A DNA stretch of 63,862 nt, counting the filler, from Olpidium bornovanus S191 (taxonomy: Eukaryota > Fungi > Olpidiomycota): the NCBI GenBank assembly GCA_017911155.1. It is 34 parts of 34 records of this genome, joined end to end, with 100 filler letters (N's around TTAATTAATTAA, not from the genome) between each part and the next. Parts side by side here need not be neighbours in the genome. Positions count along the whole stretch, not along the records: positions 34,152 to 37,037 come from JAEFCI010002450.1; positions 37,138 to 39,285 come from JAEFCI010004008.1; positions 39,386 to 40,853 come from JAEFCI010003450.1; positions 40,954 to 42,024 come from JAEFCI010012955.1; positions 42,125 to 44,380 come from JAEFCI010009810.1; positions 44,481 to 46,185 come from JAEFCI010007236.1; positions 46,286 to 47,565 come from JAEFCI010004559.1; 27 more parts are not named here. One strand, written 5' to 3'. The translations under genes and the position numbers were made by a program. The notes under the pieces were generated by a model. It ran no database searches. It was given only the letters and a program-made list of their open reading frames with translations, and was not told the origin of the DNA. Shown here piece by piece: positions 34,672 through 47,665 of the stretch (position 1 is the first letter of the stretch; every line of letters starts with the position of its first letter).

Positions 34672-36244
34672 ATGATGGACCGGGACCATACGGAGATCAC
34701 GCCCGAAATGGCCTTGAAGTAAGCCTGGAAAACGGCTGCTGCTGCTGCTGCCGCCAGAGGTCCTGCAAGATTCGCGCCCCTCCCTCCATCCCTCCCTTCC
34801 GCCCCAAGTCTTTCCACCACGTGAGAAAAAGGTCCGCCAACGAACGCATTCAAACAAAAAGGCTTGGCAAACCAACAGAGAAGTTCCTTTGTCCGGCGGG
34901 CGCGATGACCAACATCCAGTTCCTGGAATTCAGGATACTGGAGGTGGGGATGGCGGAGTCTCCCTCTTTCGTCAAGCCCCGTCTTCGCATTCTGCGGGTT
35001 TGGTGGGCGGCGGGAAGTGGTGATGGGGATGTAATGGGAAGGGGATGTAATGGACAAAGTGGGCGAGAAGGGAGGAACTGCCCGACCAGCCTGTTCGCAT
35101 ATGTTGCTGTAGGCTCACCTTTGCCATGGCCTTCGTGCTGTTCGGACCGAGCCGTGACAGACGGAATCGAACAAGATGCTGTTCAACATCAAGTGCCGGG
35201 ACACCGATGCCCCAGTCTCCTCGACGGAGCGGTTAACGACGTCCGACTGCGACCCGACGCCCGGGCACCACTTTGCGGCCGTTGTGGAGAAAGCTGACGA
35301 CTTGGATGTGGCTCAGGACGACGGGCGGACGGTGCACTACGACTTCGGCGCCGAATTCCTCACGTACAAATCCATCGGGACGAAGTGAGTGCGGTCAGGT
35401 GCCCCCCTCCCCCCCCCCCCACTCCCTCGCGGCGGCGGCCTGCGCTTTGCGCCGCGTGCGGTCGAGCAGGATGGGAGGAAACTTTTTAGCGCCGGCAAGT
35501 TTTTGGGAAACGTCGCGCCTGACATTTTTTTTTTTGCGGGCCGCGCCAGGCTCGTCTTTGCGGTGGGCGACAAGGAAGTCAAAAATTTCCGCATGATCGA
35601 ACGCCATTACTTCAAGAACAAGCTTCTTAAGTCCTACGACTTCAGCTTCGGATTCTGCGTATCCTTTTTCTTTTCCTTTTTTTTCTTTCTTCCTTCCTTT
35701 AGTTTTTCTTTTCTTTTTCTTTTGCTTTTTCTTTTCTTTTTTTCCTTTCTATTATTTTCGCCTCCTGATTTTGCGGGAACACATTTTGGCGACAAATTTG
35801 CCGTAGCGGAGCGGATTTCCATCGGATTTCTTTTTTAGCCGCTTCTCCTTGACTTGTTTGCGGGGGTATTATCATAATAATAATAAAAAAAGATTCCCAA
35901 CAGCGTCAACACCTGGGAAAGCATTTACATCGTAAGCAATCCTTCCTTTGGCGTGACGGTGTTCGAGCTGCCATGGGCTTTCGAAAGCTCATGTAAAGTC
36001 GCCTTCTGGCTTCAGGTACCCGAAATGAGCAAGAAACAAAGTGAGTGCGACGCGTTTCTGATCACGGAGCTCGGGCTTTTTCGTCAAGCTCGCTCACCTG
36101 CCGCAAAAAAACAAACCGTTTTGCCGTGCAGCTGAAGAGATGATCGAAGCTCCAAGGAAAACCGTGAGCGACTCCTTCTACTTCATAGATGACAAGCTAG
36201 TCATGCACTCCAAAGCGACTTACACGTTCTCCAGAAAAAATTGA
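34672..36244 (+). CDS. UNC119: UNC119 (PDE6-delta/UNC119 lipidated-cargo carrier), complete, 7 exons
   Basis: [86 protein letters not shown] and [19 protein letters not shown]. Confidence 0.93.
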
Positions 36245-36767
36245 CTGCCTGGAGAGACCGATTGCGTCGCACTGTATATCAAACAAAGTCGAGACGACGG
36301 CAAGCTGTTTATTTCCCGGCACACCCGCAGATCAGTCAAAGTTGTTTTTCGAATCCCCTTCCACTGCACCCCCCTCACCCTTTCCATTGGAACAAAATTG
36401 CGAGCCAACCTAACGTTCAACGAAGGGTTTGAGTCCTTCGAACCCTAGATGTTGTAACCTCCTGAGCGCAGAATTGTTTTCCTCGGCCGCTGGAACCACC
36501 CTGCGGTGCGAAATCGGAGCCAAAAATATGCGTGATAGTGCTGACGGGCGGAGAATCTAGGGGAAAGGCAATGCGTGCATACTGCCTTCCTGGTCTGGAT
36601 CACGCGACGGGAATAGCGAGCGCTGTGTCGGTATGCATCGTAATTCGTGTGAACAACCAAGTGGCGCAAATACAGTGGTCCTCTTTCGTGCTGTGTTTTA
36701 CCATGCCACTATGTCTCTGAGCTGGACTGAACGTTTAGTTGTTGGCGGTGAATTCACACGCACTGGT

Positions 36768-37037
36768 TTTTTTTTTTTTTTTTTTTAAGTGTCCTCTCAT
36801 TGAGTATCTTGTGAATTATTTGGATGGTGCATCAGATTCGGCAAAAGGTACTAATTTTGAACAATTTTTTGCACTTCTTTTGTTATATGCAAGTTTATCT
36901 TCAACTTCATTGGAACAACTTCCATGGTTTGCAAATCATTGTAAACAAGATCTTTCACTCAAGAATTAGAAATTGGAAGTCATTCGTTTTGTAACTCGAA
37001 AGGAACTTCCCTTAAAACAATTTTTGGAACAACCACA
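36768..37037 (-). mobile_element. Possible decayed 3' end of a poly(A)-tailed retroposed element
   Basis: Abrupt switch to AT-rich sequence next to a T run of about 19 nt (poly(A) on minus); stop-ridden frames; no diagnostic motif. Confidence 0.25.
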
Positions 37038-37979
37038 NNNNNNNNNNNNNNNNNNNNNNNNNNNNNNNNNNNNNNNNNNNNTTAATTAATTAANNNNNNN
37101 NNNNNNNNNNNNNNNNNNNNNNNNNNNNNNNNNNNNNCCATGTAGGAACCCGACGCGTGCAATCCCAGCGCAGCGGAAACCGCCAAAGGCCGCGCTGAAC
37201 TGGCCGCCGCCGGCGCTGCCGCCGTCGCCGCCGCACAGGCACAGACCTTTCCCCGCGCGAGCCAGCACAACACGCGCTTGTCAGCACAACACACACACAC
37301 ACAGCCCGCTTCCCGGCTCGGCCGCGCGCGCGCAAGTTCAAAACACCGGCTTATCAGGGGAAGAGGAGACCTTCCTAGCCCCCTTCCCCGGCGTTTGCCG
37401 GCACTAAACGAGGCAATTATGTGTTGCAGCGGGGGTTTTTTTTTTTTGGCTAGGCGCTTCTGTTCTGGCTGTTTAATTCTGTTGGCCCGACTGGGTTGGC
37501 CGGCTCCGGAAGGCGCTTTGTGTAGAATATGCAGTTCTGTTTTGGCTTTTTGCTGCCGCTTGAGCAGAAGAGCCCGTCCGACGTCGGCGCGCCGTCTTAG
37601 CCTGCGAGCAAGGGTTTTCCCTGCTCGTCGGTTGACATGCGCAGGCATCCCCTCGCCCCCTTCGAAGTAGCTCTGATGTCATCCGCTAGGCGCCACTTGC
37701 CATCCGCCCCCTCGCTGTTAGCCAGCACCGAGAGGTGCACCGCCGCTGCCCGTCTGTCGGAGGAGCCCTTGCTGCCGCTGCCGTAACCCGTCGAGCTTTC
37801 CTCCCCCCCCCATCCCACCCTTCAACCGTCGATCGAAAACTTTGACCTTCCATGTTCCCGCGCCCATCGCCAGAAAGAGACCTTTGCCAGTCGACGGGCA
37901 ACGGCAGGCGAAACGGGGCTTGACGTTGGCCGGCACAAGGATCGTTTAGATTCTGCTGGAGATAAAACATTGCATAGTG

Positions 37980-38019
37980 AGGCCGCTGTTATGACAGCAA
38001 GGCCGCTGTTATGACAGCA
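37980..38019. repeat. Perfect 20-bp tandem duplication
   Basis: AGGCCGCTGTTATGACAGCA twice. Confidence 0.95.
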
Positions 38020-39240
38020 TTGCCGTTCGGGATTGTCATCCCTCAATGGAGCGAAACCGCCGTCAAGATCAAGTCGGGGACGAGGTGACGGGTGGCACAG
38101 AAAACAGCCCGGTGGAAGGTCTCTTCGCAATTGACGCCTGCACGTTTGGTAAATCTGCAAGCGACGTAGCAAGCAGTCGTATTTTTGAATGGAACCATTA
38201 GAGTCGAGGTTCCTGCAGCAATTTTTGGCTTCCAACGTGTTGGTTCGCGTAATCTAGGTGTCGCTAGGCGAGAAGATGCGCCCAGTTTAAGCGCCTTCAG
38301 CGGAAGTGCAAAGTGCCCCGTCATAACCTAGGTCCGGAAGAAAAAAAAAATCCAGGGCGCGGTTTTTTTTTGGAACTTTACGGTCGCCGACCGCCAGCGC
38401 GTGTCGCATACGCGGGCGGGCGGCTCACCCGGAAGTTGACAGCGAAAGTTTAGCACTACGGCGAGCAGGCGATTTCCCCCAAGGAGAGGTTTCCCGAAAA
38501 TCGTCCGCAGTCCGGCGTCGCATTCAACGAAGTATTTGCGGTTTTCGCCGGATGCGTCGAGGACGCGCCGAAAAGTCGGAAGAATTCCCTCGCGTGTTCT
38601 CTATTTTTTTTTGATGTCTTTTGTTTTTGTGTGAGCCATACTACGTCGAGCGACGTCGGAAGAATTCCCTTGCGTGTATTTTTTTTTCTTTTTTGTTTCT
38701 TCTTCACTCATTTTATTAAGTTGCTAACTATTAATTGCTAAGAGAAGTCCGAGAACTGGGCTGAAATTTAGTTAATAGAAGCGAACGATTGCCCGAAGGT
38801 TCTCTCCGCCACTGGAAAAGGCGAGGGGACGGGAAGGAAAGAGTGGGAGGGGGAGAGGGGCGTCACGCGTGCATTGGGTTTTGGCGCTTTCTTTCGCGTC
38901 CTTACCCCCTGCACCCGGGGGCGCAGACGGCCGCACCCTCCCCTCCTCTATAACCCCCCCCCCCCTTCCTTCCCCGCCCTGACGTGTCTGTGCCGCCGAG
39001 CCAAAAGGCGAGTCCGGGTCTCCTCCGCTGTGTAGTGCTAAGAGGAGCGGCACACGACGCGCCGGCGTGGGAGGGGAAGCAGCTGGTGCACAGGTGCGCA
39101 GGTGCGGCACGGTCAAAATATGAAAGACGCGTTTCGACGCGCCAAACTCGCGCAATATCCCCCCGCCCCCACTTCCCCCCCGGCCCCCCCTCCCCCCCCC
39201 CCCCCCCCCCCCCCCCCACCCCCCCCCCCCCCCCCCACAA

Positions 39241-39277
<37 letters not shown>

Positions 39278-39489
39278 CGCCACACNNNNNNNNNNNNNNN
39301 NNNNNNNNNNNNNNNNNNNNNNNNNNNNNTTAATTAATTAANNNNNNNNNNNNNNNNNNNNNNNNNNNNNNNNNNNNNNNNNNNNCATAGCTGGAAAACG
39401 AAGCCTCGATTGAAGCCGTAAATTCGCAGGGGCGCGCGTTGCAAAAAGGGGGATATGACGGCACGAGCGGGACAGTTCGGTGAGATGTG

Positions 39490-40787
39490 AAAAAAGTGGA
39501 GGCATGGTCTGTCCGGCGTTGCGCAGCACGAAGATCGCGCAGGCAAAAACGGCCCTCCTCTCGCCGGTGCAAGAAGATCTGGTTTTCTCCTGTTCCACCG
39601 ACCGCGTGAGCTGGTCGCAAGTCTGCCTCCCCCGCGCCCGTCAAGCGACAACAAAAAAAAAAATAAGGAAAATGTCAGGTGGCCGAGATCGCGCGAATCT
39701 GCCAGGAGACCTTGGCGTTGTGATTCCACGCACTATCATGACAAACGGGAAATACATGCTGGCGATCCGCGTTTTCGCCAGCTCAGACTGGTAGCGCGGG
39801 TCCCCACTGTGTTTCGCGAGCAGGTCTCTCAACGTCGCAATCGCCTGATAAGATTCGAAAAATCGGGGCAAAGGGACCCGTGTGGGTTAGGCGACCGGTC
39901 GAAAAGTAACAACTTGACGGCAACAAAAAGAACAAAAAAATCCTCGCCTGCAGTCGCGGCTCCGCTAACGGATGATTCAGCATCGATGCTAGATTGCTCA
40001 ATAGCAGAGCGGCGAGAAAATGTCTTTTTCTGGCAGGACAGGGCCGAGAACGTCAGACACCACGCGACTGCGGAAAAAATCTGCTTTCCTGCACGGCCGC
40101 CCGGCCCTCTCCCCCCCCACCCCCCCACCCGCCCCCGCCAATTCCCAAATAGAGAGGAAAAGGAGAGAGAGAGAGAGTCAAAACAAAAAAGACAACGTAT
40201 GGAGACTCACGCGAAATCCTTGTGCATGGTGGAAATCTTGTCGATGGGAGCGTTGATGTATATCTCGAGGGGCAGGTTCAGCGGCACGAAGTGCTCGTAC
40301 CCGCAGATAATCCGAAGGAACTGGAGCTTGAATTCGAGAAGCGTCTGGGAGTCGCTCGGCTGTATGCTCGTGACGTGCATCTGAATAAGCTCGAACACGA
40401 CCTTTTTGGGAAGAAACGTCAGGCAGTCCAGGAGAAAGTACGCCAGGGACTCGTTGAGCTCCTTGCCCAGGTTGAGCCCCGTTTTGCTCCTTCGGTGCAC
40501 TGGGCGGTGACGCGGGGGGGTTAGATCCGTTTCAGTTTTTTTTTATTCTTATTTTTGCGCGCCGTTGCCGCGTGCCGACGTTTCACCCGCAGATTTTTAC
40601 CTTCCTGCGTGATCTCGGGCACGAGGGTGAGGATGTTGGCGTGGAAACTCGGCGCGAACCAGTCGTTCTTCTTTGCTGTCAATGACCCGCGCAGCAGGCC
40701 TTTTGAATCGAGCTCGAGGACGGCGGATTTGCAGATGATGTCCAGAAATACGCCGGCGTAGCGATACAGCTCTTTGGCGACGGGGCT
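39490..40787 (-). CDS. DOCK-family (DOCK-C/D, zizimin-like) GEF, internal exons
   Basis: LNESLAYFLLDCL..VFELI, KLQFLRIICGYEHFVPLNLP, DFAKRHFLAALLL and AIATLRDLLAKHSGDPRYQ..KTRIASMYFPF match the DOCK6-11 armadillo region. One intron (39947-39845) has a GC donor. Confidence 0.85.
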
Positions 40788-42127
40788 CTGCCAGGCGGGT
40801 TTCGGAGGGGATGGACAGTTGCGCACACGAAAAACCAAAAAAAAAAACACGGGNNNNNNNNNNNNNNNNNNNNNNNNNNNNNNNNNNNNNNNNNNNNTTA
40901 ATTAATTAANNNNNNNNNNNNNNNNNNNNNNNNNNNNNNNNNNNNNNNNNNNNCCTGCCGCTGTCGTCCGTCGTTCTGTTAGCGGGCAACTCTTTTGCGG
41001 CGGACGTGGTTGACGGCTTCGCTACGGGTGCAGATGGCGAGCAAACGACGACGACAACCACACTGAGGGACGTGGCGGTTCTCGGCATCATACGCCAAAA
41101 CTCCCTTTTATTTAAGCAGCGACGACCGCCCTATTCTGCGTCACCAAGCGCTGACGGGCGTGAGTGCTGAAAAGCAGCGAGTCAGCGGTGCGCTCATCGC
41201 ACATTGATCCCTTACGCCGCAGTCTAACTCTAAGCCGTTTCCTCTAATCAACCCTCCGACCCCTACCCCCCCCCCCTTCCTTCGTACCAACAAGCCGCAA
41301 ATCGAAAAAGCTTTTGCTGGAGTGCTTCCCTGAATTTGAACCTGCTTAACGCCGAAACATATACGTGCATAAAGCGGAAATTTTTCTAGAACAAAAAGCG
41401 CCACAATCCCCGAGTCGTGATTCGGCCGGAAATTTCGCGACTTTCGAAAGGTCCGGCGGCTGCATCTTCTGCCGGCACACTCTTTTTCGCGCGTACAGGA
41501 CGGTTCACGGGGGATTGTGCGCGGTGGGCGAGAGGTTTCCTGGTCGCCCTCGGTTGCCCACCGGGGCGCGGGGGGGGGGGCCCCTTCGGAACCGGCGCCG
41601 GGCGTTTTCGTTTTCCGCTTTTCGGGCCGTTTTCCGCTTTTTGGGCGCCGCCGCGCCGCCGCGCGCGCAATTTTTTTTCTCTCATTCGCTCCTGACGAAT
41701 GGGGAAGCGCGGGGTTGTCAGGGTTAGGAGGGAAGGCGCAAAACACCCGGCCAACGCGCCGCGACTCGCTGAGGAAACAGAAAACAAAAACGAAAAAAAA
41801 AAATGGAAATAAAAAAGAAGACATAACGGACAGTGGGGGAGGGACATTCGTTGTGGACGGAAAGGGGCTGACGGAGGGGAAAGGCCGCGCCGCCTTAATT
41901 GGCCATGCAGATTATTTGCTTGCCGGAGGCGACGCAGTGTGTTCCAGGGGCGCACGCCTGGTTCGAGCCGAACGCCCAGGATTTCCCGCCCTGGGTGCAC
42001 AATTGGAAGCCCGTGCCGGAGCACNNNNNNNNNNNNNNNNNNNNNNNNNNNNNNNNNNNNNNNNNNNNTTAATTAATTAANNNNNNNNNNNNNNNNNNNN
42101 NNNNNNNNNNNNNNNNNNNNNNNNGCG

Positions 42128-42166
<39 letters not shown>

Positions 42167-42701
42167 CCACCCCCCCGCCCGCCTTCCCGCCCTCCCGAGA
42201 GAGCCGCTTTGTTGTCGCCGGAAAGGACCCCCGGACGTGGCCACGGTCGCAAGCAGTCGCAGGACTCCGGCGCAGCCAGCTCCCTGCGCCTCCCCTCCTA
42301 CCTCCCTTCTCGCGCGAGGCGGGAGGCGTTCTCCAGGCTTCATATATGACGTCAGCCCGCAACCGCACGCTCCGAGCCACAACCACCACCACCACCGCCG
42401 CCGAACGCGAACAGTTCCGCCTCCCGCCACTTTTTGTGTCTGCGGCCGCGACGCCACCGCCAGCGCATCGCCAGCACGCCCTCTCGGCCTTCGCCGCCGT
42501 CGCCGCCGCCGCCGCCGCAGCCCCCGCAAACTCTTTGTGTACGGCTCGCCAGATCCGCATTCCCGACGGCCCGTTCAAACGTAGGCCCTCAGCGACGCTC
42601 ACCAAAGCAGGAGAGCCGGCCGTTCCCGCGAGGAGAGCCGGCCCAAGCGTCGCAACAACGGCCGCCGCAACGCTAAGCGCCACGGATACCTACCAGGCAG
42701 G

Positions 42702-44125
42702 ATGGCAAGTAGAAAATTGCAAGGTGTGTTGCCTGTTTTGCCGCTCCTGGTGGATGCAACTGGGCGCCGCTCCCTCTTGCGGTACGCCAGGGAACTTGCC
42801 CCGGTTCTGTCCGTCAGGTGTCCCGAGTCAAAGAAACGAAACGCCCCTGCGGCACGACCGGGGGAGGTGGCACAACGGGGGCTCGACGGTCGTCTGCCGG
42901 AAACCACGGCGCCGGAAGGTTCTAGGAGGGCTGGTGCTGCACACTGAAGCGGCGACGGCGTGGGGGAATGATTTAGCGCCCAGCTGTTTATCACGAACGA
43001 TCTAAACTAAGCGGTATACTTTGGGGGTCTCGGTGGAACTCGCTGCAACTTGCAGGTGACATCGACCGCGTCCTTAAAAGGGTCTCGGAGGGCGTCCAGG
43101 AGTTTAACGAGACGTACGACAAGTTGTACCAGTGCACCAATGCGAACCAGAGGGAGAAATATGACCAGGACCTTAAAAAGGAAATCAAGAAGCTGCAGCG
43201 CCTCAGGGACCAAATTAGGACGTGGATAGGCAGCAACGATGTGAAGGACAAGCGGGCCCTCATTGAGAACCGCAAATTGATAGAGACGGTGTGTATGAGA
43301 CTCGCTTTCAAGTTGATCTTCGCTCCCTTCTAACTTATTGCGATCTTTCCAACGGAAAAAAAAAATCGATTACGGAATTCAATTTCCCGGTGACACAAGC
43401 AAATGGAGCGGTTTAAAGCTTGCGAGAAAGAGATGAAAACAAAGGCGTTTTCCAAGGACGGCCTGCTTATGTCTGAAAAGCTGGATCCAAAGGAGATTGA
43501 GCGCCGGGAGTTGATAGAATGGGTGGTTCAAAAAATTGAGGATTTGAATCTTCAGATCGAGAAGGTGGAAGCGGAGGCTGAGAAGCTCCGGGGAACGGCG
43601 AAGAAGGGGAAGAAGGACTCCGTGAAAATGACCCGGGCGACTGCTCTGGAGCATACTGTTGAGCGGGAGCGCTGGCACGTTGGTCGGCTTGAGCTGATCA
43701 ACCGATTGCTGGAGAACTGTGTCGTCATGACCGATAAGGTGAGCTTGTGATACGAAGTAGAAATTGTGGGAGAATCCATATTCCTAAGGAAGCAGTGCTG
43801 CCTACTGACTATTACGGCTTACCCACTTCCGGTTGTATTGGCATGTAAAGAACGCCGGGTTTATAGACAATGTGGCGCAACTTCAAGAAGACATCCAATA
43901 TTATGTAGACCATAATCAGGTATGGTGCATAAGTTTACTGCTGATTTACTAGTATCATCATTATCCCTCATTGTATGTTACTTTCTCGTTTTGCAGGAAC
44001 CAGATTTTATGGAGGATGACGAAATGTACGCCAGTCTTAATCTGGAAGAGGAGGAGGAGATGTACGTGGTCGGAGATATTGACCACCACGACGCTCACGA
44101 GGCCGACGAGTCGCGGCCGACAGAG
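42702..44125 (+). CDS. NOT3: CCR4-NOT subunit Not3/CNOT3, N-terminal five exons
   Basis: [76 protein letters not shown]. Confidence 0.95.
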
Positions 44126-44480
44126 GTAAGGCCGGGTTTTGCATTTGGACGGTTACAAAATTTATCTTACCAGGTTCTTTGTCTGCGCCCTTATTTGTGA
44201 CTTCCGTAGCCGCCAACGCCGGATAGAGACGACCATGGGCATAAGACGGGATCCAAAGATCATGACGAGACCTTGTCGCCTGCAAAAGACAAGCAACCGC
44301 CAAATAAACGTATTTTGGAATGAGAGCAGCTCTGTTCTGCTATGCAGTGGCGTCTTTTACAGACAGTTCAAGAAGTTGACNNNNNNNNNNNNNNNNNNNN
44401 NNNNNNNNNNNNNNNNNNNNNNNNTTAATTAATTAANNNNNNNNNNNNNNNNNNNNNNNNNNNNNNNNNNNNNNNNNNNN

Positions 44481-44549
<69 letters not shown>

Positions 44550-44709
44550 CCCCCCCCCCCTTTTCCCGTCCCTCTCTGCCCCCGCCGCGACTCTTTATTC
44601 TTATTTCCCGTCCCTCTCCGCTCCCCAGCCCCGCCGCGATTCTTATAAATAAAACGCCACCTGCTGCCCCACCAACCGGAGAAAACCGGCAAAAAAAAAA
44701 AAAAAAACC

Positions 44710-46185
44710 ATGCCGCCCACCGACGACGCCGCCGCCGCGCCGCCGCCGCACGTCAGCGCCGAGAGCACCGCCGCGGTCGGGCAGTCCCGCGCGGAGGGCG
44801 CCGCGACCCGGACGGAGACCCCCGCGCTCACCGCAGAATGCGACACCCTTTCGCTGTCGGTCGCCACGCCGGGGGCCCCGGGGTGTGTGCCTGTGTCGGA
44901 CGTAAGACGGCTCTCGACCGCCGCAACGCCCGTGAGCTTGACGTTGGCGCCCGAAACGCCTTCCCCGCCGCCCGCCTCGCTCCCCGCGGCGCCCGCCCAG
45001 CCACCCACGAAGCCTCGCATCCGGATCGTGCCCTACTTTGAGAACGCGCGCTCGCTGTACTTCGACGCCGTTCTAAAGGAGGTCGACGACGGGACCGTGT
45101 TGAAAATCGGAAGGTTCACCGAGCGGGTGTCGTCGCCGCGGCGCATCACCTTCATGTCCAAGGTTGTCTCCAGGGCCCACGCGGAGATATGGTGGGAGGA
45201 CGGGCAGGTAAGCAGAGAAAATTTGTGCCGTGCCAGCGGGGTCCACCCAGGACGCGGACCAGCTGCGGTCGGCGAAAGCTCAGCCGTCGACGCCGCCCGC
45301 TGTGCGTTCCCCGGGTCCTGGGCGTTCCCCGGGTCCTGGGCGCTCCCCGGGTCCTGGGCGCTGTGGGGAGCAAAGCGGGATTCTCCTTAACCGACAGACG
45401 CGCGCTCACCGTGCGCTCCCTCCGCGACCGCAGTTTTTCATCAAAGACACAAAAAGCTCGTCGGGAACCTTTCTCAACAACGTGCGTCTTAGTCCTCCAA
45501 AGGAAGAGTCGCAGCCTCTCCCCTTGAAGGACGGCGACGTCATCCAATTAGGGATGGATTTCAAAGGCGGCACAGAAGGCAGGTTCTTCTCACGCCGTCT
45601 TGGACCGGAGTTTGCGGAAGATGCGGCGGAAATTTTGCTGACCTTCGTTGTTTGACCATTAGACATTCACCGCTGCGTTAAAATACGGTTGGAAATTAAC
45701 CGACACTGGTTGACGTCAAACGATCCTTTCCGGTAGGTGGCTGGGAAGAGAATATGGCGTCCCGTGGAAGCGCTGCGGGTGGCGGCTGTCTCGGCCTAAA
45801 AACTGCCCAGCCCACTTCCTGTCGAGGATGTGGCGGTTCTGAGCTAAAACTCTTGCTCATTTTCATTAACTTTGATTAGGAAAAACGCTCTGCGTATTCT
45901 GCGGGCCGTGCGGAAGCAAGCCGGCCTGGCGAACGACGCGAATACAGATTGCTGCACGTGTCTGTGCACGATCGCGCCCTTCCAGGCCCTTTTTAAGGCC
46001 CCATGCTCGCACACCTTCCACTACAAGTGCGCGCAGCAGCTTTTAATGTACTGGCCGGCCTTTACATGCCCGTTGTGCCGCACGTTCACGGACCTTGCTG
46101 CCAGTGTTAGCACCGACGACCTCGCCGAGCTGCTCGGCGTCAAACTTGACCTCGACGATGACGAGGATGAGAGTGGCGAGGGCGA
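44710..46185 (+). CDS. DMA1: FHA-RING E3 ubiquitin ligase Dma1/Chf
   Basis: FHA motifs KIGRF, SKVVSRAHA, KDTKSSSGTFLNNVRLS, DGDVIQLGMDFKGGTEDIHRCVKIR; RING-H2 CCTCLCTIAPFQALFKAPCSHTFHYKC..CPLCR. Intron 2 donor at 45579 is GC. Confidence 0.92.
45304..45357. repeat. 18-bp tandem repeat x3 in DMA1 intron 1
   Basis: GCG(T/C)TCCCCGGGTCCTGG at 45304, 45322 and 45340. Confidence 0.95.
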
Positions 46186-46919
46186 NNNNNNNNNNNNNNN
46201 NNNNNNNNNNNNNNNNNNNNNNNNNNNNNTTAATTAATTAANNNNNNNNNNNNNNNNNNNNNNNNNNNNNNNNNNNNNNNNNNNNAAAAAAAGAAAAAAG
46301 GAAAGAAAACCGCCTGACAGGGATTCTCCGAAGCAGGTCGGCGTCAACACCCCGCCTCAGGGCGAGATCAACCCACTCGCGCCGAAGTCTTTCTCTCTCT
46401 CTCCCTTTTTCTCTCGCTCTCTCTCACTCTCTCACTCTCCGGGCTCGGGTCGCCAAATTCGTAATCCCGACGGGCTTCCGGTTTAGCCGTTTCGGGAACG
46501 AGGGCTGCGGACAGAGCCCGCAAAGGAGACCACGGGCGGCAGATGTCCCGGCTGCATGGCCCTCACGCTCAGAAGATGTGTTCAAATAATACTGCGCTAT
46601 TCATCGCGGTTTGCGGGCAAGTCCTAGAGGTGTTGTGGACGGCAGCCTTTCCTGGAGGTTTTTAGAATCCTACCTTGGGCTAAGCGTTTGCGGGTTCCTT
46701 CTCTCTCGCGCACTTTCCCTCGTTCCCTCTCTCCATCTCTCTCTCTCCTTCTCTTTCCGTTGCTCGCTTCACTTCCTTACTCCCCATCTCTCTTCCTCCC
46801 TCTCCCTCTTTCTCTCCCATTTGGCTCTCTCACGCACTTCAACCCCACCTTCCCGCCTATTCCGCCGTAGATACATTGCGTACACGAGATACGGCTCAGC
46901 GATTCACCAATGGGTGGAC

Positions 46920-47565
46920 ATGTTGACTGCCGCTGTACTCCCGCGTCCGCGGGATGAAGAGCCGGCCGAATACCGGCGCACGAGGCTTGCACGCATCGCC
47001 GACGAGGTCAACAGGACGGTTTGCGCCCGGACTCGCAACCCGGAACCCTCGGGAGCGGTGGTTTCGAGCTCGGCCGACGATGCGAGCGGTGAGATGTCCT
47101 GGGCCGCGACCGCTGTCCCACGGGACATGTACCATTCGCGGCCGAAATTCGTCCCGACCGACCGGGGCGGACTCGCATCGTCTGCTGGCGCGGAGACTGG
47201 AGCGTCGCCTAGAGAGTCCAACAAAAAAGAAGAGATTGCCGGGGCAGGCGCAAACGCCGACTGCAAAGAAGCCCGCCCGGGCCCCTACGATGACCAGACT
47301 GCCGCGGCCGGTGCAAACGCCGACAGCATAAATGACCGCCCAAAGCCGGCATCGCCGCCGCATCCGAGCGAAAACCCAATTTGTTTTATAAGCGATCGTC
47401 CGGCTTTGCCAAACGACGGGATTCCGCCCGCGCTCAGCGTCGCAATTCCAGCTTCCAATGATCACCTTGTTCAGGTGCTCACGCCTCAGGACAGCGCAAT
47501 CGCGTTGATGCCTGTTGACCACAAAGAGCCGGATGTCTGTGAAAACAAATCACCTGACCAACATG
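46920..47565 (+). CDS. Hypothetical low-complexity protein (3' truncated)
   Basis: Open frame from ATG 46920 to the contig end, with internal AGANAD repeats; no family recognised. Confidence 0.35.
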
Positions 47566-47665
47566 NNNNNNNNNNNNNNNNNNNNNNNNNNNNNNNNNNN
47601 NNNNNNNNNTTAATTAATTAANNNNNNNNNNNNNNNNNNNNNNNNNNNNNNNNNNNNNNNNNNNN

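Noticed and set aside
41149-41197. GAAA-tetraloop hairpin resembling SRP RNA helix 8
   Set aside because: Internal-loop bases deviate from the AGG/AGCA consensus and no Alu or S domain context is present.
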